DNA from: Chromatiaceae bacterium
GTDB lineage: Bacteria; Pseudomonadota; Gammaproteobacteria; Chromatiales; Chromatiaceae
NCBI GenBank assembly: GCA_024639005.1
Contig: JAHEJD010000005.1
Location: forward strand, 15,563 to 79,562
Direction of reading: 5' to 3'
Length of the DNA stretch: 64,000 nt
The position numbers were made by a program, and so were the translations under genes. The first letter of the stretch is position 1, and the number at the start of each line of letters is the position of its first letter. Below, one piece after another: positions 11,853-23,178 of the stretch. The notes under the pieces were generated by a model, which was given only the letters and a program-made list of their open reading frames with translations, made no database searches and was not told the DNA's origin.

Positions 11853-12020
11853 TTATTTAATCTTACCTTCTTTGTAGGTCACGTGTTTACGCACCACGGG
11901 ATCGTATTTCCTGATCTCCATTTTGCCGGTCATGGTCTTCTTGTTTTTTGTCGTGGTGTAGAAATGTCCGGTGCCCGCGCTGGAGTTGAGACGAATTTTT
12001 TCACGAACGGCTTTGGCCAT
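11853..12020 (-). CDS. rpmG: 50S ribosomal protein L33
   Basis: This was hand-translated because it is below the ORF-track size cutoff: [55 protein letters not shown]. Confidence 0.95.
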   Translation of the reverse strand: MAKAVREKIRLNSSAGTGHFYTTTKNKKTMTGKMEIRKYDPVVRKHVTYKEGKIK

Positions 12021-12032
12021 GACGGTGCCCCC

Positions 12033-12269
12033 TCAGACTTTTTCGCCGCGCGCGCGCAGCTCGTGTAGCACCGAGTCGATGCCCTTCTTGTCAATAATGC
12101 GCATCCCGGCCGCCGACACCCGCAGGCGCACAAATCGCTGCTCGCTTGCCACCCAGAAACGGTGGTAGTGCAGATTCGGCAGGAACCGACGCCGCGTCTT
12201 ACGGTGCGAGTGCGAGACATTGTTCCCGGTAATCGGCCGTTTGCCTGTGACCTGGCAGACTTTGGACAT
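12033..12269 (-). CDS. rpmB: 50S ribosomal protein L28
   Basis: The start is refined to ATG 12267-12269. The product is [33 protein letters not shown]... (78 aa). The track ORF is an upstream extension. Confidence 0.95.
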   Translation of the reverse strand: MSKVCQVTGKRPITGNNVSHSHRKTRRRFLPNLHYHRFWVASEQRFVRLRVSAAGMRIIDKKGIDSVLHELRARGEKV

Positions 12270-12341
12270 GCTTGAAAGCCTCGAAAATACGCGCTGGATC
12301 GGTATCCGCCGCCTCGCGGGAGGCTGGCAGAAAGGCCGCAC

Positions 12342-12370
12342 TTTATACCGGAAGGCCCGTGGAGGGTCAA
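12342..12370 (-). promoter_or_regulatory. Candidate sigma70 promoter for rpmB-rpmG
   Basis: On the minus strand there is TTGACC (12365-12370), a 17-nt spacer, then TATAAA (12342-12347), about 70 nt upstream of the rpmB ATG. Confidence 0.5.
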
Positions 12371-12462
12371 GCGAGCCTGGAAATCTCACCGGCATCGCGG
12401 CGCACCGGCACGATACGGTCATCTCGGGCATCTTGGACACTTGGCAATCTGTGGGCCGGCGC

Positions 12463-13137
12463 TCACACCAGACCGCGCTGCGCCAACGAGCAACAATCCC
12501 CGTCGCCGACGATCAAGTGATCCAACACGCGGATGTCGACCAGGGCGAGGGCGTCGCGCAATCGCAGCGTGATGTGCCGATCCGCCGGGCTGGGTTCGGT
12601 AACGCCCGAGGGGTGATTGTGACTGAGAATCACGGCTGCGGCATTGAAATGCAGCGCGCGGCGCACTACCTCACGGGGGTGCACGCTGGCACCGTCGATC
12701 GTGCCCCGAAACAATTCCTCGAACGCCAGCACGCGATGACGATTGTCGAGGAACAACACCGCAAATACCTCGTAGGGGTGGTCGCGCAGACGTGCACGCA
12801 GGAACTCCGCGGTGTGCTCCGGGCTGAGCAGCGGACTGCCGCGTTCCAGGCGCTGATGCAGATGGCGGCGCCCCATCTCGAGTACGGCCTGCAGCTGGGC
12901 AAATTTCGCCGATCCGAGTCCCGGCCCGGCGCAGAAGGCGTCGCGCGGTGCCGAGAGCAGTTGTCGCAGTCCGCCGAAGCGTGTCAGGAGTTCGCGCGCC
13001 AGGTCCACGGCGCTCTTGCCCCGTACGCCGGTGCGCAAGAAGATCGCTAGGAGTTCTGCGTCGCTCAGGCTTGCGGGACCTGATGTCAACAGACGTTCAC
13101 GCGGCCGTTCCGCCACCGGCCAGTCCTTTATCGCCAT
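12463..13137 (-). CDS. radC: RadC family (UPF0758, JAB/MPN-like) protein
   Basis: The start is [38 protein letters not shown], at ATG 13135-13137. The C-terminus has the HNHPSG motif. Confidence 0.9.
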   Translation of the reverse strand: MAIKDWPVAERPRERLLTSGPASLSDAELLAIFLRTGVRGKSAVDLARELLTRFGGLRQLLSAPRDAFCAGPGLGSAKFAQLQAVLEMGRRHLHQRLERGSPLLSPEHTAEFLRARLRDHPYEVFAVLFLDNRHRVLAFEELFRGTIDGASVHPREVVRRALHFNAAAVILSHNHPSGVTEPSPADRHITLRLRDALALVDIRVLDHLIVGDGDCCSLAQRGLV

Positions 13138-13271
13138 AGTCGTGACCTCGTCCATGAAGTGACAGCAGCCTATCCGAACCCGGCCAGAGGGGCAAAGTCG
13201 GCTTTGTCATACCCGCAGCGTCGGTTACCCTTCGATCGTTGCAGCCTGCAAGACGAGGAAAGCCACCGCGC

Positions 13272-14486
13272 ATGCAGCGATTGAACGGACGACGGGTGTT
13301 GCTGGGCATTACCGCAGGTATCGCTGCCTACAAGGCGGTCGAGGTGGCTCGGCTGCTGGTCAAGGATGGCGCCGAAGTCCAGGTCGTTATGACCCCGGCG
13401 GCGGCGTCCTTCATTGGCCCGCTGACGCTGCAGGCGGTCACCGGCCGCCCGGTGCGCGACACGCTGTTCGATCCGCAACACGAGGCCGCCATGGGCCATA
13501 TCGAGCTCGCGCGCTGGGCGGATGTAATCCTGGTGGCGCCGGCGACCGCGGATTTCCTCGCCCGCCTCGCGGTCGGCATGGCCGATGATCTGCTCAGCAC
13601 GCTGTGCCTGGCATCGACCGTGCGATTGCTGCTCGCGCCGTCCATGAATCAGGCGATGTGGCGGAATGCCGCGACCCGATCGAACGTCGAGCAGCTGGTA
13701 TCCCGAGGCACGACCCTGCTCGGGCCTGACGACGGCGAGCAGGCCTGTGGTGACACAGGCCCGGGCCGGATGCTCGAACCCCCGGTCATCGCGTCCGCCT
13801 TGTGCGACCTTCTTGGCGCCGGCCGTCTGACTGGCCGGCGCGTGGTGCTGACCGCCGGCCCGACCCGCGAGGCACTCGATCCGGTGCGCTTCCTGGGCAA
13901 CCGTAGCTCGGGGAAAATGGGCTTTGCGTTGGCGCAGGCACTGGCTGCGCAGGGGGCAGAGGTGGTTTTGATCAGCGGTCCGGTGGCCTTGCCTACCCCC
14001 GGGGCGGTGCGGCGGATCGACGTCGAGAGCGCCGAGCAGATGCGCGATGCCGTCTTTACTTCCTTGCCCGACACTGCCATTTTTATTTCTTGTGCCGCCG
14101 TTGCCGATTTTCGACCGTGCGAGACCAGGGCGAAAAAGATCAAGAAGACCCAGGAGAACCTGACTCTCGAACTGGTTCGCAATCCGGACATCTTGGGCGA
14201 GGTGTCTGCACTGCCGAGGCGTCCCTTTTGTGTCGGGTTTGCTGCCGAGACCGAGGATGTGGCGGCCTATGCGGAGCAAAAACGCCGCGCTAAGGGGCTG
14301 GAGATGATTGCCGCTAACCAGGTCAGCGCCTCAAGCGGTATCGAAACAGATGACAATGCGCTGTTGGTGATTTGGGACGGGGGTCGGCAGGCCCTATCGA
14401 GGCAGCCCAAGACGCGTCTGGCCGCGCAACTCGTGGACTTGATAGCAGATCGTTTCGATGCACAGACTGCAACTAAAGATTCTTGA
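13272..14486 (+). CDS. coaBC: Bifunctional phosphopantothenoylcysteine decarboxylase / phosphopantothenate-cysteine ligase
   Basis: The start is refined to ATG 13272 ([29 protein letters not shown]). The product has a flavoprotein N-domain and a CoaB C-domain (GNRSSGKMG). Confidence 0.95.
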   Translation: MQRLNGRRVLLGITAGIAAYKAVEVARLLVKDGAEVQVVMTPAAASFIGPLTLQAVTGRPVRDTLFDPQHEAAMGHIELARWADVILVAPATADFLARLAVGMADDLLSTLCLASTVRLLLAPSMNQAMWRNAATRSNVEQLVSRGTTLLGPDDGEQACGDTGPGRMLEPPVIASALCDLLGAGRLTGRRVVLTAGPTREALDPVRFLGNRSSGKMGFALAQALAAQGAEVVLISGPVALPTPGAVRRIDVESAEQMRDAVFTSLPDTAIFISCAAVADFRPCETRAKKIKKTQENLTLELVRNPDILGEVSALPRRPFCVGFAAETEDVAAYAEQKRRAKGLEMIAANQVSASSGIETDDNALLVIWDGGRQALSRQPKTRLAAQLVDLIADRFDAQTATKDS

Positions 14487-14913
14487 CAATCGCCTCGGCG
14501 ACAGCTTTCCGTTGCCCGACTATGCCACAGCAGGGTCCGCCGGCATGGACCTCCGCGCCATGCTCGACGGTCCGCTGGAACTCGCACCGGGCCATACGGA
14601 GTTGATACCCACCGGGATCGCGATCCATATCGCCGACCCATCACTGGCCGCGGTTATTCTGCCGCGCTCAGGACTCGGGCATAAACACGGTATCGTGCTC
14701 GGGAATCTGGTGGGGCTTATCGACTCTGATTACCAGGGGCAGCTATACGTCTCTTGCTGGAACCGCGGACAGGCGGTCTTTCGGGTGGCGGTCGGTGAAC
14801 GCATTGCGCAGCTCGTGCTGATCCCGGTCGTCCGTGCGGTCTTTGAACAAGTCGAGGAATTCAGCGACAGCGATCGCGGGGCAGGCGGATTTGGACACTC
14901 CGGAAGGCACTAG
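14458..14913 (+). CDS. dut: dUTP diphosphatase
   Basis: The sequence [34 protein letters not shown] ... [10 protein letters not shown] is typical of dUTPase. It overlaps the coaBC 3' end by 29 nt. Confidence 0.95.
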   Translation: MHRLQLKILDNRLGDSFPLPDYATAGSAGMDLRAMLDGPLELAPGHTELIPTGIAIHIADPSLAAVILPRSGLGHKHGIVLGNLVGLIDSDYQGQLYVSCWNRGQAVFRVAVGERIAQLVLIPVVRAVFEQVEEFSDSDRGAGGFGHSGRH

Positions 14914-14919
14914 GATCAC

Positions 14920-17445
14920 GTGGCCCTACTAGGAAAGAAGCGTCAGCAAGCGACGCCGGAGAAGGCCGCAGCCCAGGGTGGTAAATCTCTGATCGGCTAC
15001 TTTGTGCCCATCGTTCTGTTGGCGGTGGTGCTGGTGATGCTGGTGGCCATCCTCGCTTACCAGAACATGCAGAGTTCCGCTGAGGAGTCGGCGCGCAGCG
15101 CGGCGCAGAGCGTCGCGTCCGCAGTCGCGGCACGAATTGAAGGTGCGATCCAGGCGCGGCGCGACTTGTTGACTCTGGCCTTGTCGGATGGTCGAGCCGC
15201 TGCCGCTGTGGCCGGCGGCGACAGTGGTCAGGTGGCCGCCCTCGAGGCTGACCTGCCAAAGCGCGTATCGGGACTCTTGCAGATACGGCTGCTGCCCCCG
15301 GATGCGAGCAAGCCCGATCCATCCGGTGCCGCCCCACTGAGTTATGCCGGTCTCGATATGCTGCGACGGACGATCGACAGCGGTCGACCTTCCCCGGCGG
15401 AGATCCATCAGTTGAAATCGGCTGCGCCCTATCTCGCGTTGTCGCAGCCGGTGTACGACGCAGAACGCGCGGTAGGGATTGCGTTTGCCGCGTGGGACAT
15501 GCGTTTTCTGACCGAGCTGATCGAGAGCTCGTCGGTGTTTCAGGGCCGACTGCAACTGGTCCAGGGTGGCGCCTCCGGATACGCCCTGGCCAAGGGCCCC
15601 GGTCAATACGCAGGCGGACTGAACGCGGGCAATGTCGATGTGCCAGAGACGATCTGGCAGATCAGCTTTGGCCTGGATCCCAACCCTAGTGGCTTCACCG
15701 GTGTGTTGACCATGCTCATCCTGATCGGTGTAAGCACCCTGGCGTTGCTGCTCGCTGTTTTTCTGCAGTGGCGGATGTTGTCGCGAGACCTGCGTGCCGA
15801 TATGAGCACTGTGGTCGGCCTGGGCGAGGCCATCCTGCGCGGTGAGAGCTCACCGGTTCGGCAGGCCAGGGTCGCCAGCAGCAGTGACGCAATTGCGCTG
15901 CTGGGTCAGTACACGCGCGAGGCACGTGGCGGTGCGGTGACGCCGCCGCCGGCCAGACCGGCGGTGCCGGCGGCGGCCGGCGTCGACCGCCAGTCCTCCC
16001 AGGGTGTTGAGGTCGAAGAGATCAATGACCCGGCAGAGCTGCTGGCGGCTGGGGCCGGGACCAAGCCGACGATCGAGGTGCCCGAGTCCCTGTTTCGGGC
16101 CTACGATATTCGGGGCATAGTGGGCGAGGCCCTCACCCCGGCGCTTGCCGAGCTCCTGGGTCAGGGAGTCGCGGGCCTGGTGCGGGAGCAGGGCGGCGAG
16201 CGTGTCGCCGTGGCGCGCGATTCGCGCCTGTCCAGCCCGCAACTGACAAGTGCACTGATTCGCGGGCTGAATGCCGGTGGCTGCGACGTGTTGGACATTG
16301 GTCAGGCGCCGACGCCGCTGCTGTATTTCTCCATCCAGACGCAGCAGGTCCAGGCCGGAGTCATGGTGACCGGAAGCCACAACCCGTCGAACTACAACGG
16401 CTTCAAGATCGTCGTTGGTGATCGCGTGTTGGACGGAGACGACCTGCTGGCCTTGCGGCAGCGTCTGCTCGGCGGCATGTTCACCCGCGGCAACGGCATC
16501 GTCGATAGCGTCGATTTGCTCGCTGACTATGTGGATGCGGTACTGCAAGAGGTGCAGCTGGCGCGGCCTATGAAGGTGGTCGTCGACGCGGGCAACGGGG
16601 TTGCAGGTGATCTGGCGATTGCTACGTTCGAGGGTTTGGGCTGTGAGGTCGTGCCTCTGTTCTGTGAGCCGGACGGAAATTTCCCCAATCATCACCCCGA
16701 CCCCGGTCAGGCGGACAATCTGGCGCCGCTGATGCTCGAGGTGCAGGCGCAGGAGGCCGATCTCGGGGTCGCCTTCGACGGCGATGGCGACCGCCTGGGT
16801 CTGGTGGATAACGCCGGCAATCAGCTATGGCCGGACAGTGTCTTGATGCTGCTCGCCGGCGACATCCTTGGTCGTCATCCCGGGGTGGATGTTCTGTACG
16901 ACGTCAAGTCCTCGCGGCATCTCGCGAGCTTCATCCTCGGTCATGGGGGACGCCCCATCATGTGGAAATCCGGGCACTCGCGCATGCGGGCGAAAATGTT
17001 GGAGACCGGTGCGCTGTTGGGCGGCGAGTTCTCGGGCCACCTGTTCATCAAGGAACGCTGGTTCGGATTTGATGACGCCATCTATGCCGCCGCGCGCGTG
17101 ATGGAGATTGTAGCGCTCGAGGCACGTTCGGCGAGCGAGTTGTTTGCCGAGTTGCCCTCCAGTCCGGCGACGCCGGAGTACCAGCTGTTGCTCGAGGAAG
17201 GCCAGAGCCGCGAACTGATGCGCGCGCTGGATGCGCACAAGGTGTTCGATGACGCGCGCCTGGTCGAGCTCGATGGCCTGCGCGTGGAGTTCGCCAACGG
17301 ATGGGGCCTGATTCGACCCTCGAACACCGCGCCGTCGTTGACCTTCCGCTTCGAGGCGGATGATGAGGGTGCGCTGGAAGAGATCAAGGCGCGCTTCCGC
17401 GATCTGTTGCGCCGTGTGGCGCCGGATATGCATGCGCCATTCTGA
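14920..17445 (+). CDS. algC: Phosphomannomutase/phosphoglucomutase, long form with an N-terminal two-TM sensor-like module
   Basis: A single 841-aa frame starts at GTG 14920. The C-terminal ~455 aa carry PMM/PGM motifs: FRAYDIRG, TGSHNPSNYNGFK, FDGDGDRLG and GGEFSGH. The N-terminal ~385 aa contain two hydrophobic segments flanking ~200 aa. The dut-algC-argB order matches what I recall for Pseudomonas. Confidence 0.85.
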   Translation: MALLGKKRQQATPEKAAAQGGKSLIGYFVPIVLLAVVLVMLVAILAYQNMQSSAEESARSAAQSVASAVAARIEGAIQARRDLLTLALSDGRAAAAVAGGDSGQVAALEADLPKRVSGLLQIRLLPPDASKPDPSGAAPLSYAGLDMLRRTIDSGRPSPAEIHQLKSAAPYLALSQPVYDAERAVGIAFAAWDMRFLTELIESSSVFQGRLQLVQGGASGYALAKGPGQYAGGLNAGNVDVPETIWQISFGLDPNPSGFTGVLTMLILIGVSTLALLLAVFLQWRMLSRDLRADMSTVVGLGEAILRGESSPVRQARVASSSDAIALLGQYTREARGGAVTPPPARPAVPAAAGVDRQSSQGVEVEEINDPAELLAAGAGTKPTIEVPESLFRAYDIRGIVGEALTPALAELLGQGVAGLVREQGGERVAVARDSRLSSPQLTSALIRGLNAGGCDVLDIGQAPTPLLYFSIQTQQVQAGVMVTGSHNPSNYNGFKIVVGDRVLDGDDLLALRQRLLGGMFTRGNGIVDSVDLLADYVDAVLQEVQLARPMKVVVDAGNGVAGDLAIATFEGLGCEVVPLFCEPDGNFPNHHPDPGQADNLAPLMLEVQAQEADLGVAFDGDGDRLGLVDNAGNQLWPDSVLMLLAGDILGRHPGVDVLYDVKSSRHLASFILGHGGRPIMWKSGHSRMRAKMLETGALLGGEFSGHLFIKERWFGFDDAIYAAARVMEIVALEARSASELFAELPSSPATPEYQLLLEEGQSRELMRALDAHKVFDDARLVELDGLRVEFANGWGLIRPSNTAPSLTFRFEADDEGALEEIKARFRDLLRRVAPDMHAPF

Positions 17446-17616
17446 GCCCCGCGATGATCGACAGGCGATGTCCTGGGGCGATCTATCACCGGCCAACGGT
17501 GACCGCCCCATTTTCGCGCCTATTGCGTGACGCCCAGATATCTCCGGCCGCGCCACGTTCGAAAAGGCTGCGGCCGAAGTGGCAAGCTCCAGTGCAAACT
17601 CAGCCGCTGTGAATAA

Positions 17617-18639
<1,023 letters not shown>

Positions 18640-18648
18640 TTCGAACAC

Positions 18649-19236
18649 ATGCCGCGCCCGTCCCGCAAGCAAGCGATCCTCGAGGCCCTGGCCAGTGAGC
18701 TGGAGCAGCATCCGGGTGATCGCATCACGACTGCCGCGCTGGCGCGCGCGGTGGGCGTATCCGAGGCTGCGCTGTACCGGCATTTCCCGAGTAAGGCGCG
18801 CATGTTTGAGGGATTGATCGGGTTCGCGGAAGAAAACGTGTTTGCGCGGATCAATCAGATCCTCAGTGAGGAGAAAAATACCCAGGCCCGCATCGCCAAG
18901 GTGATCTATCTGCTGCTCGGGTTTGCCGATCGGAATCCCGGGATCACCCGCGTGTTGTTGGGGGGCGCGCTGATCGGCGAACGCGAGCGGCTTCACGAAC
19001 GCGTACAGCAGTTTTTCGAACGTATCGATCTCCAGTTGCGGCAGATACTTCGCGAGGCACAATTACGCCAGGATGTGTGTCTGCGCTGCAGCCCCGAGGA
19101 CGCTGCCGCGCTGTTGACCGCGTTTGTCGAGGGCCGCATGCAGCAGTTCCTGCGTTCGCGTTTTGCCCAGAGTTCACTGTCAGCCTGGGATACCGATTGG
19201 CCTGTGTTGAAACATGGCCTTTTCGATGCGCCCTGA
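18649..19236 (+). CDS. slmA: Nucleoid occlusion factor SlmA (TetR family)
   Basis: The motifs ITTAALARAVGVSEAALYRHFPSKARMFEGLIGFAEE, LLLGFADRNPGITRVL and FFERIDLQLRQILRE closely parallel E. coli SlmA as I recall it. Confidence 0.9.
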   Translation: MPRPSRKQAILEALASELEQHPGDRITTAALARAVGVSEAALYRHFPSKARMFEGLIGFAEENVFARINQILSEEKNTQARIAKVIYLLLGFADRNPGITRVLLGGALIGERERLHERVQQFFERIDLQLRQILREAQLRQDVCLRCSPEDAAALLTAFVEGRMQQFLRSRFAQSSLSAWDTDWPVLKHGLFDAP

Positions 19237-19279
19237 GCGCTGTGCAGCGATTACGACCGTCCACAGCAGGAAGCTGTGA

Positions 19280-19744
19280 TTAGTCCAGTCGAAGCGGTTT
19301 GACCGGGGCCGATGCCCACGCGACGTCGTTGCGCCAGTCAATGGACGCGTCGTCGACGTAGAGCTCCACTTCGTTGCCGTCCGGATCACGCAGGTAAAGA
19401 CTCTGGCTGATGGTGTGGTCGGCCATGCCCTCGATGGTCACGCCCATTTTTTGCAGCCGATGATAGATCAAGCGCAGGCTCGCCAGGTCTTCTCCGACCT
19501 TCCATGCGAAGTGATACAGGCCGAGGCGCTTGCCCTGCAGCGGTCCCGGGGCCTCGCCGATCGCGATCAACATGATCTCGTGATGGCTGCGACCCCCGCT
19601 GAGCATCGCCGCCCGCCCCTTGAACAGCGTGGCAGTGACCTCCAGGCGTAACGCATCGCGGTAAAACCGCAGTGAGCTCTCCAGGTCGCGGACATAGAGA
19701 ACCAGATGGCCGAGCTCGATGCCGGTACGCGGCCGCCCCGTCAT
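19280..19744 (-). CDS. VOC (glyoxalase / bleomycin resistance / extradiol dioxygenase) family protein
   Basis: This is a 154-aa ORF with LGHLVLYVRDLESSLRFYRDALRLEV and SLYLRDPDGNEVELY. Confidence 0.75.
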   Translation of the reverse strand: MTGRPRTGIELGHLVLYVRDLESSLRFYRDALRLEVTATLFKGRAAMLSGGRSHHEIMLIAIGEAPGPLQGKRLGLYHFAWKVGEDLASLRLIYHRLQKMGVTIEGMADHTISQSLYLRDPDGNEVELYVDDASIDWRNDVAWASAPVKPLRLD

Positions 19745-19785
19745 CGCGTTTCCTGGCTTCTCAAGTGCCCGACACGATTTTCAGG

Positions 19786-20763
19786 CTAGGGCTCGAGTGC
19801 GAGACGGAAACTATTGCGAATCTCCGAGACCTCGGATCCGCGGCAGAACTCGCGGGCCTCGGTAAAATTCGCACACTGGACATCGAGGAAGATGCGTTCG
19901 CCGCCGACGCTGTTGTCCTCGAGGCGGGATACCGTAATGCTGATATCCCGAATATCGCGCGGCGGCGCGGTCACCAGGATGCGCTCGGCGGCCAGATCGA
20001 TCGGTGTCGTCGCATGTTTGCGTGCGTATTCCTGAGCGGTCGCCCATAAGCGACTGCAGTCGGCTCCGGTGCAGCGCACTGCGGTGTCCACCAGATCCGG
20101 GATGTCCGACTTGGCAACGACATCGGCGTTGGCCGCGCGGGCGCCCCCTCGCCGCAGTTGACGGAAACGGGTGAGATCGTAGTCGTAGCCCTCGAGGGTG
20201 GCGCGTTTTTCGTCTTCCTTGGCAAGAATCATGGCGTATGATTTTTCGATCGAACGCTGGGTGCTTTCCAGATTGGCCTTCTGACGCTCGTTGAGCTGTT
20301 TGCCGCGGCGTTCCGTTGCCGCGGCGTCCGACTGGAATTCCGACAGCCGGTTCTTGAGACGCCGAATATCGCCGTGCTTGAGCTTGATCTGCGCATCCAG
20401 CTGGGCGATCTTGCCATCGCGCGCCATGACCAGGTCGTCTTCGTTGCGGTACAGGCTCAACAGAATCCGATCACGCTCCTGCTGTTCCTGCAGCAGTTTG
20501 CGTTGCTCGGCGCGCAGGGCCTCCAGCGCCTTCTCACGCTCGATTTCCTCCGCGGTCTTGGCGCGATCGTGGCGTTTGATCGCAATCCCGCGCCGGTTGA
20601 GCTCGATATGGGCCTTGTTCTTGTGCTGTGGCGGTACTGCGGTGCCGTAGTGGGTAACGCCGTTCTCATCCACCCATTTCTTTATGTTGCCTGCGGATGC
20701 GGGTGCATTTATCACGATGATGGCGAGGCCGGCGGCGATAACGAAACGAATCATTGATTTCAT
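19786..20763 (-). CDS. Secreted DUF4124 domain protein with a long coiled-coil region
   Basis: It has a signal peptide followed by KKWVDENGVTHYGTAVPP, the DUF4124 hallmark as I recall it. The centre is rich in charged heptad-like sequence, and the C-terminal domain contains cysteines. Confidence 0.7.
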   Translation of the reverse strand: MKSMIRFVIAAGLAIIVINAPASAGNIKKWVDENGVTHYGTAVPPQHKNKAHIELNRRGIAIKRHDRAKTAEEIEREKALEALRAEQRKLLQEQQERDRILLSLYRNEDDLVMARDGKIAQLDAQIKLKHGDIRRLKNRLSEFQSDAAATERRGKQLNERQKANLESTQRSIEKSYAMILAKEDEKRATLEGYDYDLTRFRQLRRGGARAANADVVAKSDIPDLVDTAVRCTGADCSRLWATAQEYARKHATTPIDLAAERILVTAPPRDIRDISITVSRLEDNSVGGERIFLDVQCANFTEAREFCRGSEVSEIRNSFRLALEP

Positions 20764-20834
20764 AGCTACTCATAATCGGCGGACACTACACCCGCCATTA
20801 TAATGTTTCCTCGCCCCCTCTTAGCGGCCAAATT

Positions 20835-21581
20835 GTGGAACATTTCATACTTTTTTTGGTTGCCCTGTTTGCGAACCTGTTTTCTGCTTTCGCCGGGGGC
20901 GGCGCGGGGCTGTTGCAGCTGCCGGCGCTGATATTTCTCGGTCTACCGTTTGGCGTCGCCCTGGCCACCCATAAGATCGCCTCTGTCGCGCTCGGGCTCG
21001 GCGCTACGCTGCGCCACTTGCGGGAGCATGGATTGCGTCGTCGCTTTGTACTGTTCATCCTGGCGACCGGCCTGCCGGGTGTCCTTTTGGGTGCCAGCAT
21101 CATCCTGCAAGTTCCCGGGCGTTATGCGGAGGTCGCCTTGGGGATACTGACCCTGGGACTCGGCGTCTACTCGGTAATCCAAGGTCAGATGGGTCTGTCC
21201 GAGGAGCCGCGCAACCGGCGCGGGCGGGGGCTGTGGATCGGCGGCCTGGGGCTGTTCACGATCGGTGTACTGAACGGCTCGCTGACGTCGGGGACCGGTC
21301 TGTTCGTGACCCTGTGGTTGGTGCGTTGGTTCGGTGCGGATTATCGGCAGGCCGTGGCCTATACCCTGGTGCTGGTCGGCATGTTCTGGAATGGCACAGG
21401 GGCGGTTGCCCTGGGCATCCTCGGCGACGTCAAGTGGGACTGGTTGCCGGCATTGCTGCTCGGCTCGCTGCTCGGTGGTTACGCAGGCGCCCACCTGGCG
21501 ATTCTGAAAGGGAATGTCTGGATCAAACGCGCGTTCGAGACCGTCACCTTGCTGGTGGGGTTCAAGCTGGTCGCGGGGTAA
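20835..21581 (+). CDS. TSUP (TauE/SafE) family membrane transporter
   Basis: This is a 248-aa polytopic protein with GTG start 20835. The motif FAGGGAGLLQLPALIFLGLP is typical of the TSUP family. Confidence 0.85.
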   Translation: MEHFILFLVALFANLFSAFAGGGAGLLQLPALIFLGLPFGVALATHKIASVALGLGATLRHLREHGLRRRFVLFILATGLPGVLLGASIILQVPGRYAEVALGILTLGLGVYSVIQGQMGLSEEPRNRRGRGLWIGGLGLFTIGVLNGSLTSGTGLFVTLWLVRWFGADYRQAVAYTLVLVGMFWNGTGAVALGILGDVKWDWLPALLLGSLLGGYAGAHLAILKGNVWIKRAFETVTLLVGFKLVAG

Positions 21582-21594
21582 TTGCAGCAGACCC

Positions 21595-22239
21595 TTAAAC
21601 GCCGTATTCGCGTCGGTAGGCCTCGATCTTGTCCAGATATCCGGCCGCCACATCGCTGCGCTGTGCGATGAAATCGACTAAGTCGGCCAGACGCACGATT
21701 GGCGCTACCGGCAGACAGTAAATGGCCTCGATCTCCTGAATCGCCGAACGTTCGCCCTGACCTCGCTCCTCGCGGTCGAGGGCAATCACGACCCCGGCCG
21801 CAGTGGCGCCCTCGGCGGCAATGATCGCCATGGATTCCCTAATCGCGGTGCCTGCAGTGATAACGTCGTCGATGATCAAGACGCTCCCGCTCAGCGGATG
21901 TCCAACAATGCTGCCACCCTCGCCATGATCCTTTGCCTCTTTGCGATTGAAGGCGTAGGGCACGTCGAGCCCGTGTTGATCGTACAGCGCGGCTGCAGTT
22001 ACCGCCGCCAGGGGAATGCCCTTGTAAGCGGGGCCATAGAGCACGTCGAAATCAATTTCGGCGTCGACGATGGTCCGTGCATAGAAACGCCCGAGCTTTG
22101 CCAGCGCAGCGCCGCTATCGAACAGCCCGGTGTTGAAGAAGTAGGGACTGACCCTGCCTGACTTGAGGGTGAATTCGCCAAAGCGGAGCACGCCGAGCTG
22201 TAGGGCAAGATCGAGAAATTCGCGCTGATGGGTTTGCAT
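21595..22239 (-). CDS. pyrE: Orotate phosphoribosyltransferase
   Basis: The start is refined to ATG 22237-22239 ([36 protein letters not shown]). The PRPP motif is [13 protein letters not shown]. Confidence 0.95.
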   Translation of the reverse strand: MQTHQREFLDLALQLGVLRFGEFTLKSGRVSPYFFNTGLFDSGAALAKLGRFYARTIVDAEIDFDVLYGPAYKGIPLAAVTAAALYDQHGLDVPYAFNRKEAKDHGEGGSIVGHPLSGSVLIIDDVITAGTAIRESMAIIAAEGATAAGVVIALDREERGQGERSAIQEIEAIYCLPVAPIVRLADLVDFIAQRSDVAAGYLDKIEAYRREYGV

Positions 22240-22329
22240 GACCGGTACCCTCCGAGAGGCCGGCATTTTGCTTAGGGCATGCCCTAATGGCAAGGGCGTG
22301 GAATGGCCGCTTTCCCTATAATGCGTCGC

Positions 22330-23103
22330 ATGCGCGTAATCAGTCTCAATCTCAACGGCATACGGGCTGCAGCGCGCAAAGGCTTCTACGCCTGGCTGCG
22401 GCGCCAGCGCGCCGATGTGGTCTGTCTGCAGGAGCTAAAGGCTCAGCTCGAGCAGCTCAGCGACAAGGCGTTCTGGCCGCCGAGTTTCGAGTGTTACTAT
22501 CACCCTGCCGTGAAAAAAGGCTACAGCGGCGTCGCCCTGTATGCGCGGCGTGAGCCGGATGAGGTGTGCCAGGGACTCGGCTGGCCGGACTTCGACGCCG
22601 AAGGGCGCTGGATTCAGGCGCGCTTTGGCCGACTCAGCGTGGTGTCACTCTATTTGCCGTCCGGGTCTTCCAGTGAGCTTCGCCAACAGGTGAAGTTCGA
22701 CATCATGGATCGCTTGACCCCGTATCTGCAGGCGCTGCGTGGAGACGGCCGCGAGTACATAATCTGCGGCGACTGGAACATTGCCCACACCAAGGCGGAT
22801 ATCAAGAACTGGCGCGGCAATCTGAAAAACTCCGGTTTCCTGCCTGAGGAACGGGCCTGGTTGGACGGTCTGTTCGGCGGCCAGGGCTGGGTCGATGCCT
22901 TTCGTGTAGTCAATCAGCGGGCGGACGAATACACCTGGTGGTCCAATCGGGGCCAGGCCTGGGCGAACAATGTCGGTTGGCGGATCGATTATCAGGTTGT
23001 TACACCGGGGCTGCGTGATCGTATTCGGGCTGCGAGGATCTACCGAGACAAGCGATTTTCCGATCATGCACCTCTAATCATGGATTACGATGTTCAACTT
23101 TGA
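22330..23103 (+). CDS. xthA: Exodeoxyribonuclease III
   Basis: The sequence [38 protein letters not shown] ... FSDHAPL is typical of this enzyme. Alternative starts are 22321 and 22303. Confidence 0.9.
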   Translation: MRVISLNLNGIRAAARKGFYAWLRRQRADVVCLQELKAQLEQLSDKAFWPPSFECYYHPAVKKGYSGVALYARREPDEVCQGLGWPDFDAEGRWIQARFGRLSVVSLYLPSGSSSELRQQVKFDIMDRLTPYLQALRGDGREYIICGDWNIAHTKADIKNWRGNLKNSGFLPEERAWLDGLFGGQGWVDAFRVVNQRADEYTWWSNRGQAWANNVGWRIDYQVVTPGLRDRIRAARIYRDKRFSDHAPLIMDYDVQL

Positions 23104-23178
23104 TGTGTGCCGCTCAACGGGCTGGTTCTCGCCCGGCGCACGCCAGGCCGCGGATCCTTGGCGCGGTAGATGGACTGA

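Noticed and set aside
13170-14279. A 369-aa minus-strand ORF antisense to coaBC
   Set aside because: It is a GC-rich shadow ORF with no motif. coaBC on the + strand is unambiguous.
20799-20804. An exact TATAAT hexamer 31 nt upstream of the TSUP gene start
   Set aside because: No acceptable -35 element (TTGACA-like) lies at 16-18 nt spacing. This is too weak to call a promoter from sequence alone.
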